A stretch of DNA of 64,000 bases. It comes from Solirubrobacterales bacterium. Its GTDB lineage: Bacteria; Actinomycetota; Thermoleophilia; Solirubrobacterales; 70-9. This document shows, piece by piece, positions 26,629 through 37,991 of the stretch. A model generated the notes under the pieces. That model worked only from the letters and a program-made list of their open reading frames with translations, made no database searches and was not told where the DNA came from. Both the position numbers and the translations under genes were made by a program. Where the stretch lies: the NCBI GenBank assembly GCA_035318745.1, contig DATHEA010000005.1:88090-152089 (forward strand), given 5' to 3'. How positions within the stretch are numbered: the stretch's first letter is position 1; each line of letters opens with the position of its first letter.

Positions 26629-27495
26629 TCAGGGGGCGGTGGCGCCGATGATCCAGGTGGAGGCAGGCGCGATCACTCCGTCGGGCCCGTCGAACTCGGC
26701 AAGCGCCTCGCGCAGGTCACCGGCGATCTTCGGACGGATCTCCTCGATGCGGTCTTCCCAGAGTCGCAGCACCTCGCCGGCCGGGCCCAGCGCCATGTTG
26801 AACTCGACCGCGTGCTCGAGGTCCTCGCCGATCTTGATCGGCAGGTCGCAGCGGCGCAACGAGATTTCCTCGAAGCCGGCGATCGAGAGCTGCTCGCTCA
26901 CCGTGTCGGCGCTCGCCATCGAGAAGGGACCGGGACCGCAGGTCGGCTCGTCGGTCTCCTCAGGGCGCTCGAGGTACTCCTCGACGACCAGCTCGGCGCG
27001 GTTCATCCACGCGTTGTCGAGCTTGCGCCGCCAGACGATCGCGCAGAACTGGCCACCGGGCGCCAGTGCCGATCGCACGTTGCGGAGCGCCTGCACGGGA
27101 TTCGCAAAGAACATGATTCCCATGCGCGAGAAGGCGTAGTCGAAGCCTTCGCCGAGGTCCATGATCTGGACGTCGCCACTGAGGAAGCGCACGTTTTCGG
27201 CGCCTGCGCCGTCGGCCTCCTCGCGCGCCGCAGCAATGAAGGGCTCGGAGACATCTACGCCGACCGCCTCGCCACCGGGACCAACGAGTGCGGCAAGCTG
27301 CTGCGTCGTATCGCCGAAGCCGCAGCCGAGATCGAGCACCCGACCCCCAGGGGGCGGCGGATACGCCTCCAGCGCCGCTTCGCCGTGCGCTCCCAGCCCG
27401 CCGGTGACAAGGTCGCGGAACTGGACGAAGCGGTCGAACAGAGGCCCGCTCCAGGCGTCGGTTGCCTCCCTATTGGATGCGGCGATCTGCTCCAT
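26629..27495 (-). CDS. class I SAM-dependent methyltransferase
   Basis: From the ATG at 27495 (MEQIAASNREA...). Motif I is VLDLGCGFGDTT. The upstream part of the track ORF overlaps the SnoaL-like gene. Confidence 0.75.
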   Translation of the reverse strand: MEQIAASNREATDAWSGPLFDRFVQFRDLVTGGLGAHGEAALEAYPPPPGGRVLDLGCGFGDTTQQLAALVGPGGEAVGVDVSEPFIAAAREEADGAGAENVRFLSGDVQIMDLGEGFDYAFSRMGIMFFANPVQALRNVRSALAPGGQFCAIVWRRKLDNAWMNRAELVVEEYLERPEETDEPTCGPGPFSMASADTVSEQLSIAGFEEISLRRCDLPIKIGEDLEHAVEFNMALGPAGEVLRLWEDRIEEIRPKIAGDLREALAEFDGPDGVIAPASTWIIGATAP

Positions 27496-27880
27496 CGCGT
27501 AGATGGTACGCCTGCCACGCCGCCTCACGGTCCTCGAACGGACGCCAGCTGCGAATCCGGTGGTCGTGCAGTGCGAAAAGCCATGCCATCTCGTCGGTGT
27601 TCGCGTGCGACCCATCCTCGTCCCAGTGCCACACACGCCTGATCAGAGCGAGCGCCGCCCCACCGCCGGACTCGGTCCCGTCCTCGAAGAGTGCGTCCAG
27701 CTCAATCGTCTGCTGCACCCCACCCGCCGCTCGCGTCGCCCAGAGCCGCGCTGCGTCGCGACCCTTCCGCAAGCCCTTCATCGAATGAAGCTCCACCTCC
27801 GGATCAAGCACCTCCACGAACGCATCCAGGTCCCCCTCGTTGAAGCTCCGGATGAACTCGCGAATCGGGTCGTGGGTCAC
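27470..27880 (-). CDS. SnoaL-like/NTF2-like domain protein
   Basis: 136 aa. IREFIRSFNEGDLDAFVEVLDPEVELHS is typical of the NTF2-like fold. Confidence 0.55.
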   Translation of the reverse strand: MTHDPIREFIRSFNEGDLDAFVEVLDPEVELHSMKGLRKGRDAARLWATRAAGGVQQTIELDALFEDGTESGGGAALALIRRVWHWDEDGSHANTDEMAWLFALHDHRIRSWRPFEDREAAWQAYHLRDGADRRIQ

Positions 27881-27893
27881 GAGGCGCCAGCTT

Positions 27894-28009
27894 AGAGCCC
27901 GCCGCGGTAGGGATGGAACGTCTTGTACTTTTTCGTCGACGCCTGCGGGCGCCCGCCCACCCGCGCCCCACCGAAAAAGTTAAGTGGAATCCCTACCGCG
28001 GCGGGCTCT
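27894..28009 (-). repeat. Family-2 structured palindromic intergenic element, copy 2 (inverted relative to copy 1)
   Basis: agagcccgccgcggtaggga (27894-27913) is the exact reverse complement of 27990-28009. The reverse complement contains ttccacttaactttttcggtg...cgacgaaaaagtacaagacgtt, as in 6254-6366. Confidence 0.82.
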
Positions 28010-28017
28010 GAAACGCC

Positions 28018-30861
28018 TCAAGCCCCGTGGCACTTCTTGAACTTTTTGCCGCTGCCGCACCAGCAGGGATCGTTGCGACCGATTTCTTTCTCTCGCTCGT
28101 CCTTGACCACGGTCTCGATCACCTCGGGCGCCGGGGCGCCGTTGCCACCGCCGTTTGGCCGCGCGGTCCCTTCGGTGACACTGACACCCGCCGCCACCTC
28201 CTGCAGGGCCGACGGTTGGGCGTCCGGAGTGCCGCCGGAGTAGTCGAGCGCCGTCGGCCCGCCGCCGTTGCCGGCAAATGAGCCTTCTTGCACCTGTGAG
28301 GGGTCGATTTCGATCTGCGCGTTGAAGACGAGTTTGCTGAATTCCTCCCAGATCGAGTGCATCAGCTCCTCGAACATGCCAAAGCCTTCGTTTTTGTAGG
28401 CGACGAGGGGGTCGATCTGAGCGAAGCCGCGCAGGTGGATGCCCTCGCGCAGGTAGTCCATGTCGTAGAGGTGCTCACGCCAGCGGCTGTCGATCACCTG
28501 CAGCAGGATCGAGCGCTCCAGATAGCGCATCAGCTCCTCGCCGAGTGCCTGCTCGCGGTCGTCGTAGGCGCTCATCGAGTCGTCGTCGAGGGCGTCCTTG
28601 AGCTTTTCGCGGTCGACCGTCTCCGGAGACAACGAGCCGACCTCGATCCCGACCGGCCAGATCTGGCGCAGCTGCGCCTCCAGCCCGGCCAGGTCCCAGT
28701 CTTCGAGGTCGTCGCCGGGGGTGTACTCGTCGACCAGGCGCTCGATCACGCCCTCCAGCTCGTCGCGGGCGATGTCGGACATGTCTCGCCCCTCGAGGAT
28801 CTCGCGGCGATATTTGTAGACGACGCGGCGCTGCTCGTTCATCACATCGTCGTACTCGAGCACGCGTTTGCGGATCAGGAAGTTCTGTTCCTCGACCTTC
28901 TTCTGCGCCCCCTCGACCGTTTTGCTCAGCATTTTGGCCTCGAGCGGCATCTCCCCACCCTCCTCGTCGACGGGGCCGAGGCGGTCGAGAATTTTGTAGA
29001 TGCGGTCGCCGGCGAAGAGGCGGATCACGTCGTCTTCGGCGGAGAGGAAGAAGCGCGTCTCGCCGGGATCACCCTGACGGCCGGAGCGGCCGCGCAGCTG
29101 GTTGTCGATGCGGCGTGATTCGTGGCGCTCGGTGCCGCAGATATAGAGGCCACCGAGCTCGCGCACTTCCTCGGCCTCCCCCTTGCACTGCGGCTCCATC
29201 TCGACGATCTTTGCGGCCAGCGCCTCCTCGTAGCCCTCGTCGCCGTGACCGAGCCCCTGCTTTTTCAGCTCTTTCATCGCGAGGTGCTCGGGGTCGCCGC
29301 CGAGCTTGATGTCGACGCCGCGGCCGGCCATATTGGTGGCGATCATCACCGCACCCTTGCGCCCGGCTTCGGCGATCCGCTCGCCCTCTTTTTCCGCGTG
29401 CTCGGGCTTCGCATTGAGCACGGCGTGCTCGACTCCGTGCCGTTTCAGCTCGCCGGAGATCATCTCCGAGACCTCGACCGAGACGGTGCCGACGAGGATC
29501 GGCTGACCTTCCTCGTGGCGGGCGAAGATCTCCTCGAGCACGGCTTTCCACTTGCCGTCCTTGGTTTTGAAGATCTGGTCGTTGTGATCGGCCCGGACCA
29601 TCGGCCGGTTGGTCGGGATCTCGACCACGGGCACTTTGTAGATTTTCATGAACTCGGTCGCCTCGGTCAGCGCCGTGCCGGTCATTCCCCCGAGCTTGTC
29701 GTAGAGGCGGAAGTAGTTCTGCAGGGTGATCGTTGCCAGGGTCTGGTTCTCCTCGCCGATCGCCACCCCCTCCTTCGCCTCGACCGCCTGGTGCAGGCCC
29801 TCCGACCAGCGCCGGCCCTCGAGGATGCGGCCGGTGAACTCGTCGATGATCATCACCTGGCCGTCGACCACGGCGTAGTCCTTGTCCTTCTTGTAGAGCG
29901 ACTCGGCCTTGAGCGCCTGGCCGAGGTGGTTGACGAGGGTGCCGTGCTCGCTCAGGTAGAGGTTGTCGACGTCGAGGAACTCCTCGGCGCGTTTGACCCC
30001 GCGCTCGGTCGGCGAAACGGTCTTGTGCTTCTCGTCGTATTCGTAGTCGTAGTCGGCCTCGGAGGTGTCTTTCGATTCGCCCAGGGATTTCAGCCGGTCC
30101 TTGGCCTGGACGCCCTCCATCTGACGCGCGAGGCGAGCGAACTGGTAGTAGATCTGCGCCGCCTGTTCGGGGGCGCCGGAGATGATCAGCGGCGTCCGCG
30201 CCTCGTCGATCAGGATGTTGTCGACCTCGTCCACGATCGCGAAGTGGTGGCCGCGCTGAACGCATTCCTCCAGCGATCCGGACATGTTGTCGCGCAGGTA
30301 GTCGAAGCCAAACTCGGAATTGGTGCCGTAGGTCACGTCGCAGCCGTATTTGACCTGCCGTGCGGCGTGATCGTCGGAGTCCTGGATCGCAGCAACGGTG
30401 ACGCCGAGCGCCTCGTAGACCGGCGTCATCCATTCGGCATCGCGGCGTGCGAGATAGTCGTTGACGGTGACGAGGTGGACGCTGTCGCCCGCCAGCGTGT
30501 TGAGGAAGACCGCCAGGGTCGCCGTCAGCGTCTTGCCCTCGCCGGTCTTCATCTCGGCGATCGCACCCTCGTGGAGCGCCATGCCGCCGATCAGCTGTAC
30601 GTCAAAGTGGCGCTGGCCGATGCTGCGCCGCGCCGCCTCACGGGTCAGCGCAAAGGCCTCCGGCAGGAGGTCGTCCAGGGTCTCGCCGCCCCGGGCGCGC
30701 TCACGCAGAGAGTCGGCCTCGGCGCGCAGCTCCTCGTCGCTGAGCAGCTCCATCTCGGGCTCGATCGCGTTGATTCTCTGCGCACGCTTCTCGTACGCCT
30801 TGAATTTGCGACCCTCTCCCACGCGGAGCGCCCGCGTGACCATGTCCCGTGCATTGGCCAT
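28018..30861 (-). CDS. secA: preprotein translocase ATPase SecA
   Basis: 947 aa. Walker A MKTGEGKTL, DEAD-like DEVDNILIDEARTPLIISG and C-terminal zinc-binding CWCGSGKKFKKCHG. Confidence 0.95.
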   Translation of the reverse strand: MANARDMVTRALRVGEGRKFKAYEKRAQRINAIEPEMELLSDEELRAEADSLRERARGGETLDDLLPEAFALTREAARRSIGQRHFDVQLIGGMALHEGAIAEMKTGEGKTLTATLAVFLNTLAGDSVHLVTVNDYLARRDAEWMTPVYEALGVTVAAIQDSDDHAARQVKYGCDVTYGTNSEFGFDYLRDNMSGSLEECVQRGHHFAIVDEVDNILIDEARTPLIISGAPEQAAQIYYQFARLARQMEGVQAKDRLKSLGESKDTSEADYDYEYDEKHKTVSPTERGVKRAEEFLDVDNLYLSEHGTLVNHLGQALKAESLYKKDKDYAVVDGQVMIIDEFTGRILEGRRWSEGLHQAVEAKEGVAIGEENQTLATITLQNYFRLYDKLGGMTGTALTEATEFMKIYKVPVVEIPTNRPMVRADHNDQIFKTKDGKWKAVLEEIFARHEEGQPILVGTVSVEVSEMISGELKRHGVEHAVLNAKPEHAEKEGERIAEAGRKGAVMIATNMAGRGVDIKLGGDPEHLAMKELKKQGLGHGDEGYEEALAAKIVEMEPQCKGEAEEVRELGGLYICGTERHESRRIDNQLRGRSGRQGDPGETRFFLSAEDDVIRLFAGDRIYKILDRLGPVDEEGGEMPLEAKMLSKTVEGAQKKVEEQNFLIRKRVLEYDDVMNEQRRVVYKYRREILEGRDMSDIARDELEGVIERLVDEYTPGDDLEDWDLAGLEAQLRQIWPVGIEVGSLSPETVDREKLKDALDDDSMSAYDDREQALGEELMRYLERSILLQVIDSRWREHLYDMDYLREGIHLRGFAQIDPLVAYKNEGFGMFEELMHSIWEEFSKLVFNAQIEIDPSQVQEGSFAGNGGGPTALDYSGGTPDAQPSALQEVAAGVSVTEGTARPNGGGNGAPAPEVIETVVKDEREKEIGRNDPCWCGSGKKFKKCHGA

Positions 30862-30883
30862 CTCTCAAGGGTAGCTATCTCGG

Positions 30884-30992
30884 ACGAAGGGGACCGGGTG
30901 TCCCCTCGACGGAACCCGCGTCGGATTCCGGGCGGAGGCGCAGTTCCCAGCGGCTCACAAGTTCCTCTGAGGGGACACCCGGTCCCCTTCGT
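30884..30992 (+). repeat. Family-1 structured palindromic intergenic element, copy E
   Basis: acgaaggggaccgggtgtcccctc (30884-30907) is the exact reverse complement of 30969-30992. Core is cggaacccgcgtcggattccgggcggaggcgcagttcccagcggctcacaagttcc. Confidence 0.9.
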
Positions 30993-31005
30993 AGGTTGAG
31001 CTAGC

Positions 31006-31359
31006 TCAAGCTGAGGCGGTGCGACCGCGCACCTGATTCACGAGCTTGCGCGTCCGGCTCCGCTTGCGTCGCTTCTCGCGGTGCTTCTTGACCTGGCGGC
31101 GGATGTCCTCGGCAAGTTCGTGGACGCTGTGGGCCATCTCCGGCGCGCACTCCTTCGCGTGCAGCGTCACGCCCTTGAGCCTCAGCGTGGCCTCGGCGAC
31201 CTGGCTATCCGCAATCGCCGGATTCTTCTCTTCCCAGACGATCACTTCGAGCATCGCCAGCTCAGAGACCTGCCTGCCGACGCGACGAAATCGCTTGAAG
31301 ATGTGTTCCCGCAGCTCGTCATCGATCTCGACGTTGCGCCCACGCACCTCAATCCGCAT
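31006..31359 (-). CDS. hpf: ribosome hibernation/S30EA family protein (short HPF/RaiA type with basic tail)
   Basis: MRIEVRGRNVEIDDELREHIFKRFRRV...ATLRLKGVTLHAKE...VHELAEDIRRQVKKHREKRR fits the sigma-54 modulation/S30EA family. 117 aa, with no long-HPF C-terminal domain. Confidence 0.8.
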   Translation of the reverse strand: MRIEVRGRNVEIDDELREHIFKRFRRVGRQVSELAMLEVIVWEEKNPAIADSQVAEATLRLKGVTLHAKECAPEMAHSVHELAEDIRRQVKKHREKRRKRSRTRKLVNQVRGRTASA

Positions 31360-31440
31360 TTTGGCCTCCTCTGTCTGGGTCTGCCTCGATCCTACGCCGG
31401 TACCCGGTCCACGACAAGAGGAACTTCTGCGGATGTTGCG

Positions 31441-31549
31441 GACAGAGAGATCGGGTGTCCCCTCGACGGAACCCGCGTCGGATTCCGGGCGGGGGCGCTA
31501 TTCCCAGCGGCTCACAAGTTCCTCTGAGGGGACACCCGATCTCTCTGTC
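31441..31549 (+). repeat. Family-1 structured palindromic intergenic element, copy F
   Basis: gacagagagatcgggtgtcccctc (31441-31464) is the exact reverse complement of 31526-31549. The interior is nearly identical to copy E. Its last base overlaps the comF stop codon. Confidence 0.9.
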
Positions 31550-32172
31550 TACAGCCGGCGCGTAAAAGTGATTGCCACGACCCGAACGCTTCCAGCTTGG
31601 CGGAGGGCTCTGGCGCACGAGGAGAGAGTGGCGCCTGTGGTTAGAACGTCGTCGATCAGTAGGACGCTGCGAGGGACTTCACCGCGGGCGTGGATCTCAG
31701 GTGGATGGCCGATGCGCTCAGCTCGGCGCTTGCCTACTTGGCGGCCGCCGCCGCGGCGGATGAGACAGGTGCTTAGGGGCAGCTCGGCTCTCTGCGCCAG
31801 GGCTACCGCTATCTCGGCGGCTGGGTCGAAGCCGCGGAGGGCCGAGCGGAGCGGTGCCGTGGGGACGGGGACGATCGTGCCGCTCAGGATCGTGCCAGGG
31901 GCCAGCCACTGGATCCGGTCGGCCATCAGCTCGGCGACGGGAAGTAGGCGGCGAAACTTGAGCGCTGTCACCAGGTCGCGGGCCACGCCCTCGTGAGGGG
32001 CGGAGGACCAAGCGCGATCCAGTCCGGGAGCGCCGCAGCCCTCCAGGGGATCGGCCTTGCCAAGTCGTCGCGAGCAGCGGGTGCAGAGCGTCGCTTCGGG
32101 GCGGCAGGTTCGCCCGCAGGCCGCGCAGAGCGGCGGGACGATGGCGGCAGTGACTGCGTGGAGGAGCTTCAT
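31549..32172 (-). CDS. comF: ComF family phosphoribosyltransferase-domain protein
   Basis: N-terminal Cys cluster CAACGRTCRPEATLCTRC and PRTase motif VLLIDDVLTTGATL. Confidence 0.8.
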   Translation of the reverse strand: MKLLHAVTAAIVPPLCAACGRTCRPEATLCTRCSRRLGKADPLEGCGAPGLDRAWSSAPHEGVARDLVTALKFRRLLPVAELMADRIQWLAPGTILSGTIVPVPTAPLRSALRGFDPAAEIAVALAQRAELPLSTCLIRRGGGRQVGKRRAERIGHPPEIHARGEVPRSVLLIDDVLTTGATLSSCARALRQAGSVRVVAITFTRRL

Positions 32173-32228
32173 CGCCCGATCGTCCGGGCCCGCGGCGCGC
32201 GTGTGGCGCGCTAAATGTCAATTTTTCG

Positions 32229-33239
32229 TCAAGCGTCCCGCGCGTGAGCCGCGATACCGCCGATCAGGATCGACTTCGGCGATAGCTCGGCCCCCTCGAG
32301 CAGGATCGAGTCACGGACGATGGCGCCGTCGCCGATCCGGCAACCGTCGCCGATGATCGCCGGCCCCTCGATCCGCACGTCGGTGCCGATCTTCACCCCG
32401 GTCCCGACCAGAACCGGCGCGGTCACCTCGGCGCCGTCGAGCGAGCTTGCCGCCCGCACGCCCTCCGCCACCTGCGGTGCGCCGGGCTCGACCTCGACCT
32501 CGCCGTACAGGGCGTCGAGGTTGCCCTGCCGCAGCTCGTCAAGGTTGCCGATGTCGTTCCAGTAGGCGTCGATCTCGTGCGAGTAGAAGGGCACGTCACC
32601 CTCCAGTAGCGCCGGGAATACGTCGGTAGCCCAGTCAGCGAAGCCCGGGGGGGCGTCCGGACCGGCGAACTTGGCGGTGCCCGGCTCAGGGAAGAAGTCG
32701 AAGATCTCCGCGCTAAACATGTAGATGCCGCAGTTGGCGAGATCGCTGAGCGCTTCAGCCGGGTCGGGCTTCTCCTGGAAGCCCTGGATGCGACCGTCGG
32801 CGCCGGTGATCGCAACGCCGAACTGGCTGGTGTCCCTGACCCGCTTGGTCGCCAACGTTGCGATCCCGTCGTGGGACTTGTGGAACTCACGCATCGCCGC
32901 GAGGTCGAGGTCGGTGAGCGCGTCGCCGGAGATGACGAGGAAGGAATCACCGAGGAAGTTCGCCGCGTTGCGCACCCCGCCCGAGGTCCCCAGCAGCTGC
33001 TCCTCACGACTGTAGGAGAGCTCGAGCCCAAACGCCGAGCCGTCGCCGAAGTGCCCCTCGATCAGCTCGGGGAACCAGTGCAGGTTGGCGATCGCCTCGT
33101 CGAAGCCATTGCGGGCAAGCAGTCGCGCGATGTGCTCCATCACCGGCCGGTTGAGCACCGGCACCATCGGCTTCGGCATGCCGTAGGTGATCGGTCGCAG
33201 CCGGGTGCCAAGCCCGGCCGCGAGGATCATCGCCTTCAT
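32229..33239 (-). CDS. NDP-sugar pyrophosphorylase with C-terminal left-handed beta-helix
   Basis: From the ATG at 33239, MKAMILAAGLGTRLRPITYGMPKPMVPV (nucleotidyltransferase G-loop) and C-terminal hexapeptide-like repeats (VGTGVKIGTDVRIEGPAIIGDGCRIGDGAIV). The upstream part of the track ORF overlaps ahcY. Confidence 0.82.
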   Translation of the reverse strand: MKAMILAAGLGTRLRPITYGMPKPMVPVLNRPVMEHIARLLARNGFDEAIANLHWFPELIEGHFGDGSAFGLELSYSREEQLLGTSGGVRNAANFLGDSFLVISGDALTDLDLAAMREFHKSHDGIATLATKRVRDTSQFGVAITGADGRIQGFQEKPDPAEALSDLANCGIYMFSAEIFDFFPEPGTAKFAGPDAPPGFADWATDVFPALLEGDVPFYSHEIDAYWNDIGNLDELRQGNLDALYGEVEVEPGAPQVAEGVRAASSLDGAEVTAPVLVGTGVKIGTDVRIEGPAIIGDGCRIGDGAIVRDSILLEGAELSPKSILIGGIAAHARDA

Positions 33240-33243
33240 CGGC

Positions 33244-34662
<1,419 letters not shown>

Positions 34663-34712
34663 CGATTCCCTTTCAGTCTCTATTGGTCCGGGCGAAGGAT
34701 ACGTAGAACGCG

Positions 34713-35690
34713 TCAGCCGGACAGGGAGGCCTTGAGCCGGTCGATCGCCTCGATCGGCAGTGGCTCGACCCCGTGGATCGTGGCCAGCTCCAGCGAGACC
34801 AGGTCGCCGAGCATCACCGTCCAGAGCAGGCGCTCGGTGCGGCTCTCCCCGGCCGCCTCGATGCGAACCGCCGTGGCCCCATCGCGTTCGACCTCGGCCG
34901 CGGTCAGCTCGAAGCGCAGCTGCTCCCGTGGATGCTGGTCGCGAGCTTCCAGGAGGACAGCGGCCAGCTGGGCAGCGCTTGGCGCCTCCCAGATGCAGAT
35001 CTCGTTGTGATTGGCGTCGGGCAGCTCCGAGCTGAAGGCCGGCAGCTTCGCGTTCTCGTTGATCTGGGTCTTCCAGCGGCGCGCCACGGCGGCGGTCGGG
35101 CCGGCGCCGTAGACGACCGGCACCCGCTCGCCGATCGCCGCCGCAACCTCGGTGGCGCGGTGGCGTAGATCGTCCCGATTGGCCTCCAGAAAGACGGCTG
35201 CGGCCTCGATCTCCGTCGCGATGCTCGGCGCGATTCCACTCGCGGCGGCAACCTCGGCTGCGCAGACGAGCATGTAGGCGACTGCGGTCCGGGGGGCCGG
35301 CAGCAAGCCGGGCAGCCCGATGACCGGGTCGCCGGCAGCGCGGGCACCCTCGACCAGGGCGCCACCGGTGCTGGCGACGACGCGGCGGACGCCGAGCGCC
35401 TCGGCAGCGGCGAAGCAGGAGAGAGTCTCCTCGGTTTCGCCCGAGTAGCTGGAGCAGAACACCGTCCACTCGGCGCCGGCCCAGCTCGGCAGTCCGTAGC
35501 CGCGCACCGTCACCAACGGCCCAGCGAGCCGCTCGCCGAGCGCTGCCGCAGCGAGATCGCCGCCGATCGCCGAACCGCCCATGCCACAGACGAGGAGCCC
35601 GGCGGATTCGCTCCGCTCCAGCCGGGCCGACTCGACCCTCCAGAGAGCATCGCGAAGGTGATCGGGGATTGCGAGGACGTCGTCGAGCAT
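34713..35690 (-). CDS. bifunctional phosphoglucose/phosphomannose isomerase-like SIS-domain protein
   Basis: 325 aa. SIS-type [10 protein letters not shown] and a second SIS half. The layout resembles the archaeal/actinobacterial PGI/PMI family. Confidence 0.6.
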   Translation of the reverse strand: MLDDVLAIPDHLRDALWRVESARLERSESAGLLVCGMGGSAIGGDLAAAALGERLAGPLVTVRGYGLPSWAGAEWTVFCSSYSGETEETLSCFAAAEALGVRRVVASTGGALVEGARAAGDPVIGLPGLLPAPRTAVAYMLVCAAEVAAASGIAPSIATEIEAAAVFLEANRDDLRHRATEVAAAIGERVPVVYGAGPTAAVARRWKTQINENAKLPAFSSELPDANHNEICIWEAPSAAQLAAVLLEARDQHPREQLRFELTAAEVERDGATAVRIEAAGESRTERLLWTVMLGDLVSLELATIHGVEPLPIEAIDRLKASLSG

Positions 35691-36673
35691 CAGCCGAGGA
35701 GTCTTTCGCCCTCTGCGGCGACTGCTCCTTCAACGACCGCACCGGGAGGCACCTCGGCTCGCGGCGAGAGGATCGAGTCGACGACGTGGGCGTTCTCGCC
35801 GACCGTGCAGTCGTCGAGGACGACCGACCTAAGGATCTGCGCCCCCGCCTCAACCTGACAACCCGGCCCGATCACGGCCTGAGGCCCGATCTTGGCCGCG
35901 CTGTCGACATGCGCCCCGGGGTCGACCAAAACGCTCTCGAAAGTGGGCTCGACCCGGGTCTCCACGCGGCCTTCGAGGATGTCCCAGCTCGCCTGCCGGT
36001 AACGCTTGGGCGTGCCGATGTCCAGCCAGTAGCCGTCGAGGAGCCGGCCGTGCAACCCCTTGCCGACCAGGCGCGGGAATACGTCGCGCTCGATCGAGAC
36101 GTTCTCGCCGGGCGGGATCAGGTCGAGCACGGAGCGCTGCAGCACGTACATCCCCGCGTTGACCTCTCCCGGCTTGCGCTCCCCGGTCTTCTCGAGGAAC
36201 TCGAGCACCGCCCCGCCGTCGTCGCTATGGACCAAGCCGAAGGCCGAGGAGTCCTCGACCGGATGCAGGCCGATCGTCGCCGCGGCGCTCCATCCCTGGT
36301 GCGCGCGCAAGAGCGTGCTCAGGTCGAGGTCGGTGAGCACGTCGCCGTTGAGGGCGAGGAAGCGATCCTCGAGCTCGTCCCCCAGGGCGTCGGCGGCGAA
36401 GCGGATCGCCCCGGCGGTGCCCAGCGGCTCGGGCTCGGCGACGTAGCGGATCCGCACGCCCGCCCGCTCTTCCTCCCCGCTGAGCGCGGCCCGCAGCACG
36501 TCAGGCAGGAAGCCGCAGGCAAGCACCACCTCGGTCACCCCGTGCCCCGCCAGCCACTCGATCATGTAGGCGAGGAAGGGCCGATCGACCAGGGTCAGCG
36601 CCGGCTTCGGGGTTGACTCGGTCAACGGCCTCAGCCGCGTCCCTTCCCCCCCGACCAAAACGATTGCCTGCAT
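35690..36673 (-). CDS. NDP-sugar pyrophosphorylase (mannose-1-phosphate guanylyltransferase-like)
   Basis: [35 protein letters not shown]-loop, followed by a beta-helix-like C-terminus. Confidence 0.8.
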   Translation of the reverse strand: MQAIVLVGGEGTRLRPLTESTPKPALTLVDRPFLAYMIEWLAGHGVTEVVLACGFLPDVLRAALSGEEERAGVRIRYVAEPEPLGTAGAIRFAADALGDELEDRFLALNGDVLTDLDLSTLLRAHQGWSAAATIGLHPVEDSSAFGLVHSDDGGAVLEFLEKTGERKPGEVNAGMYVLQRSVLDLIPPGENVSIERDVFPRLVGKGLHGRLLDGYWLDIGTPKRYRQASWDILEGRVETRVEPTFESVLVDPGAHVDSAAKIGPQAVIGPGCQVEAGAQILRSVVLDDCTVGENAHVVDSILSPRAEVPPGAVVEGAVAAEGERLLG

Positions 36674-36676
36674 GCG

Positions 36677-37991
36677 TCAGTCGGCGGTCGCCGCCGACGG
36701 CGCATCGACCGGTGCCCTGCCGATTCCCTCGTATTCGAAGCCTGCTGCGACCAGCTTTTGGGGGTCGAGGAAGTTGCGCCCGTCGACCAGCAGCGGCCGC
36801 GCCATCCTGCTCGCCACATCGGACCAATCCAGCTCGGCGAACTCGGGCCACTCGGTGACCAGCACCGCTGCGTCGGCGCCGGCGAGCGCTTCCAGTGCCG
36901 AGTCGCACAGCTCGACGCCATCGAGTAGATCCCGGGCCGGGCCGGCTGCAACCGGATCGTAGGCCGCAACCTCCGCCCCTTCGCCCTGCAGTCGCGCCGA
37001 CAGCACCAGGCTCGACGCCTCGCGCATGTCGTCGGTCTGCGGCTTGAAGGCGAGGCCGAGTAGTGCCACCCGACGCCCGACCAGCGAGCCCAGATGGCCG
37101 ACCAGCTTCTGCACCACGCGGCGCTTCTGCAGCTCGTTCACCTCGATCACCGCGTTGAGCAATTGAAAGTGGTAGCCCGTATTACCAGCAAGCATCTTGA
37201 GCGCGCTGACATCCTTCGGGAAACATGACCCCCCGTAGCCGATCCCGGCTCGCAGGAACGAGGGGCCGATGCGCTGGTCGAGCCCCATGCCCCGGGCTAC
37301 TTCGCCGACGTCTGCGCCGACCTCCTCGCAGACATTGGCGATCTCGTTGACGAAGGAGATCTTGGTCGCGAGGAAAGCGTTCGAGGCGAGCTTGATCATC
37401 TCGGCGCTGGCGACATCGGTGTGGACGATCTCCCCCCCCAGCGGCTCATAGAGAGCGGCCACGGCTTCGCCGGCTGCGCGGTCGCCCACATCGGCGCCGA
37501 TCACGACACGGTCGGGGTGGAGGAAGTCGGCGACCGCCGATCCCTCCTTGAGGAACTCGGGACAGGAGACATAGGCAAGCCCGGGGCGATCGCGGCGGAT
37601 CGCTTCCCCGGTGCCGGCCGGCACGGTGCTCTTCATGATCAGCACGTGGTCGCCGTCGGCAGCCAGCTCCTCGACCACCGTGCGGACCCGGGAGAGGTCG
37701 GCGTCGCCGGAGCGGGTCGGCGGCGTGTCGACGCAGACGAAGAGCAGCCTGGCCGAAGCCAACAGCTCGTCCATGTCGGTAGTGAAGGTGAGGCGCTCGG
37801 CGTTGCGCTCGAGCAGCTCGTCGAGCTCGGGCTCGTGGATCGTGGTCTCGCCCCGCGAGAGTGCGGAGACCTTCTCGGGGAGGATGTCGCGGGCGACGAC
37901 CCGGTGGCCAAGATCGGCGAAGCAGGCCGCCGTCACCAGGCCGACCCAGCCCACCCCGATAACGCCGATCGGCTCTCTGCTCTCCATCATG
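36677..37991 (-). CDS. ugd: UDP-glucose 6-dehydrogenase
   Basis: From the ATG at 37991, Rossmann fold IGVIGVGWVGLVTAACFADLGH and catalytic GYGGSCFPKD. The ATGATGA start/stop overlaps the LCP gene. Confidence 0.9.

Noticed and set aside
21999-31549. Family-1 repeats as a CRISPR array or as integron attC sites.
   Set aside because: The spacing is irregular (hundreds to thousands of nt with genes in between), the copies are ~100-nt hairpins, and there are no cas genes. The GGAAC/GTTCC ends do not fit the attC RYYYAAC/GTTRRRY boxes and no integrase is present.
34663-34712. An SAH riboswitch upstream of ahcY.
   Set aside because: Only 50 nt of intergenic space is available, and none of the conserved SAH-element strings are visible.
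34663-35853. A 400-aa Arg-rich N-terminal extension of the ahcY ORF (track ORF 33244..35853).
   Set aside because: It overlaps the SIS-domain isomerase gene in another frame. Canonical AhcY begins at [13 protein letters not shown] (ATG at 34662).
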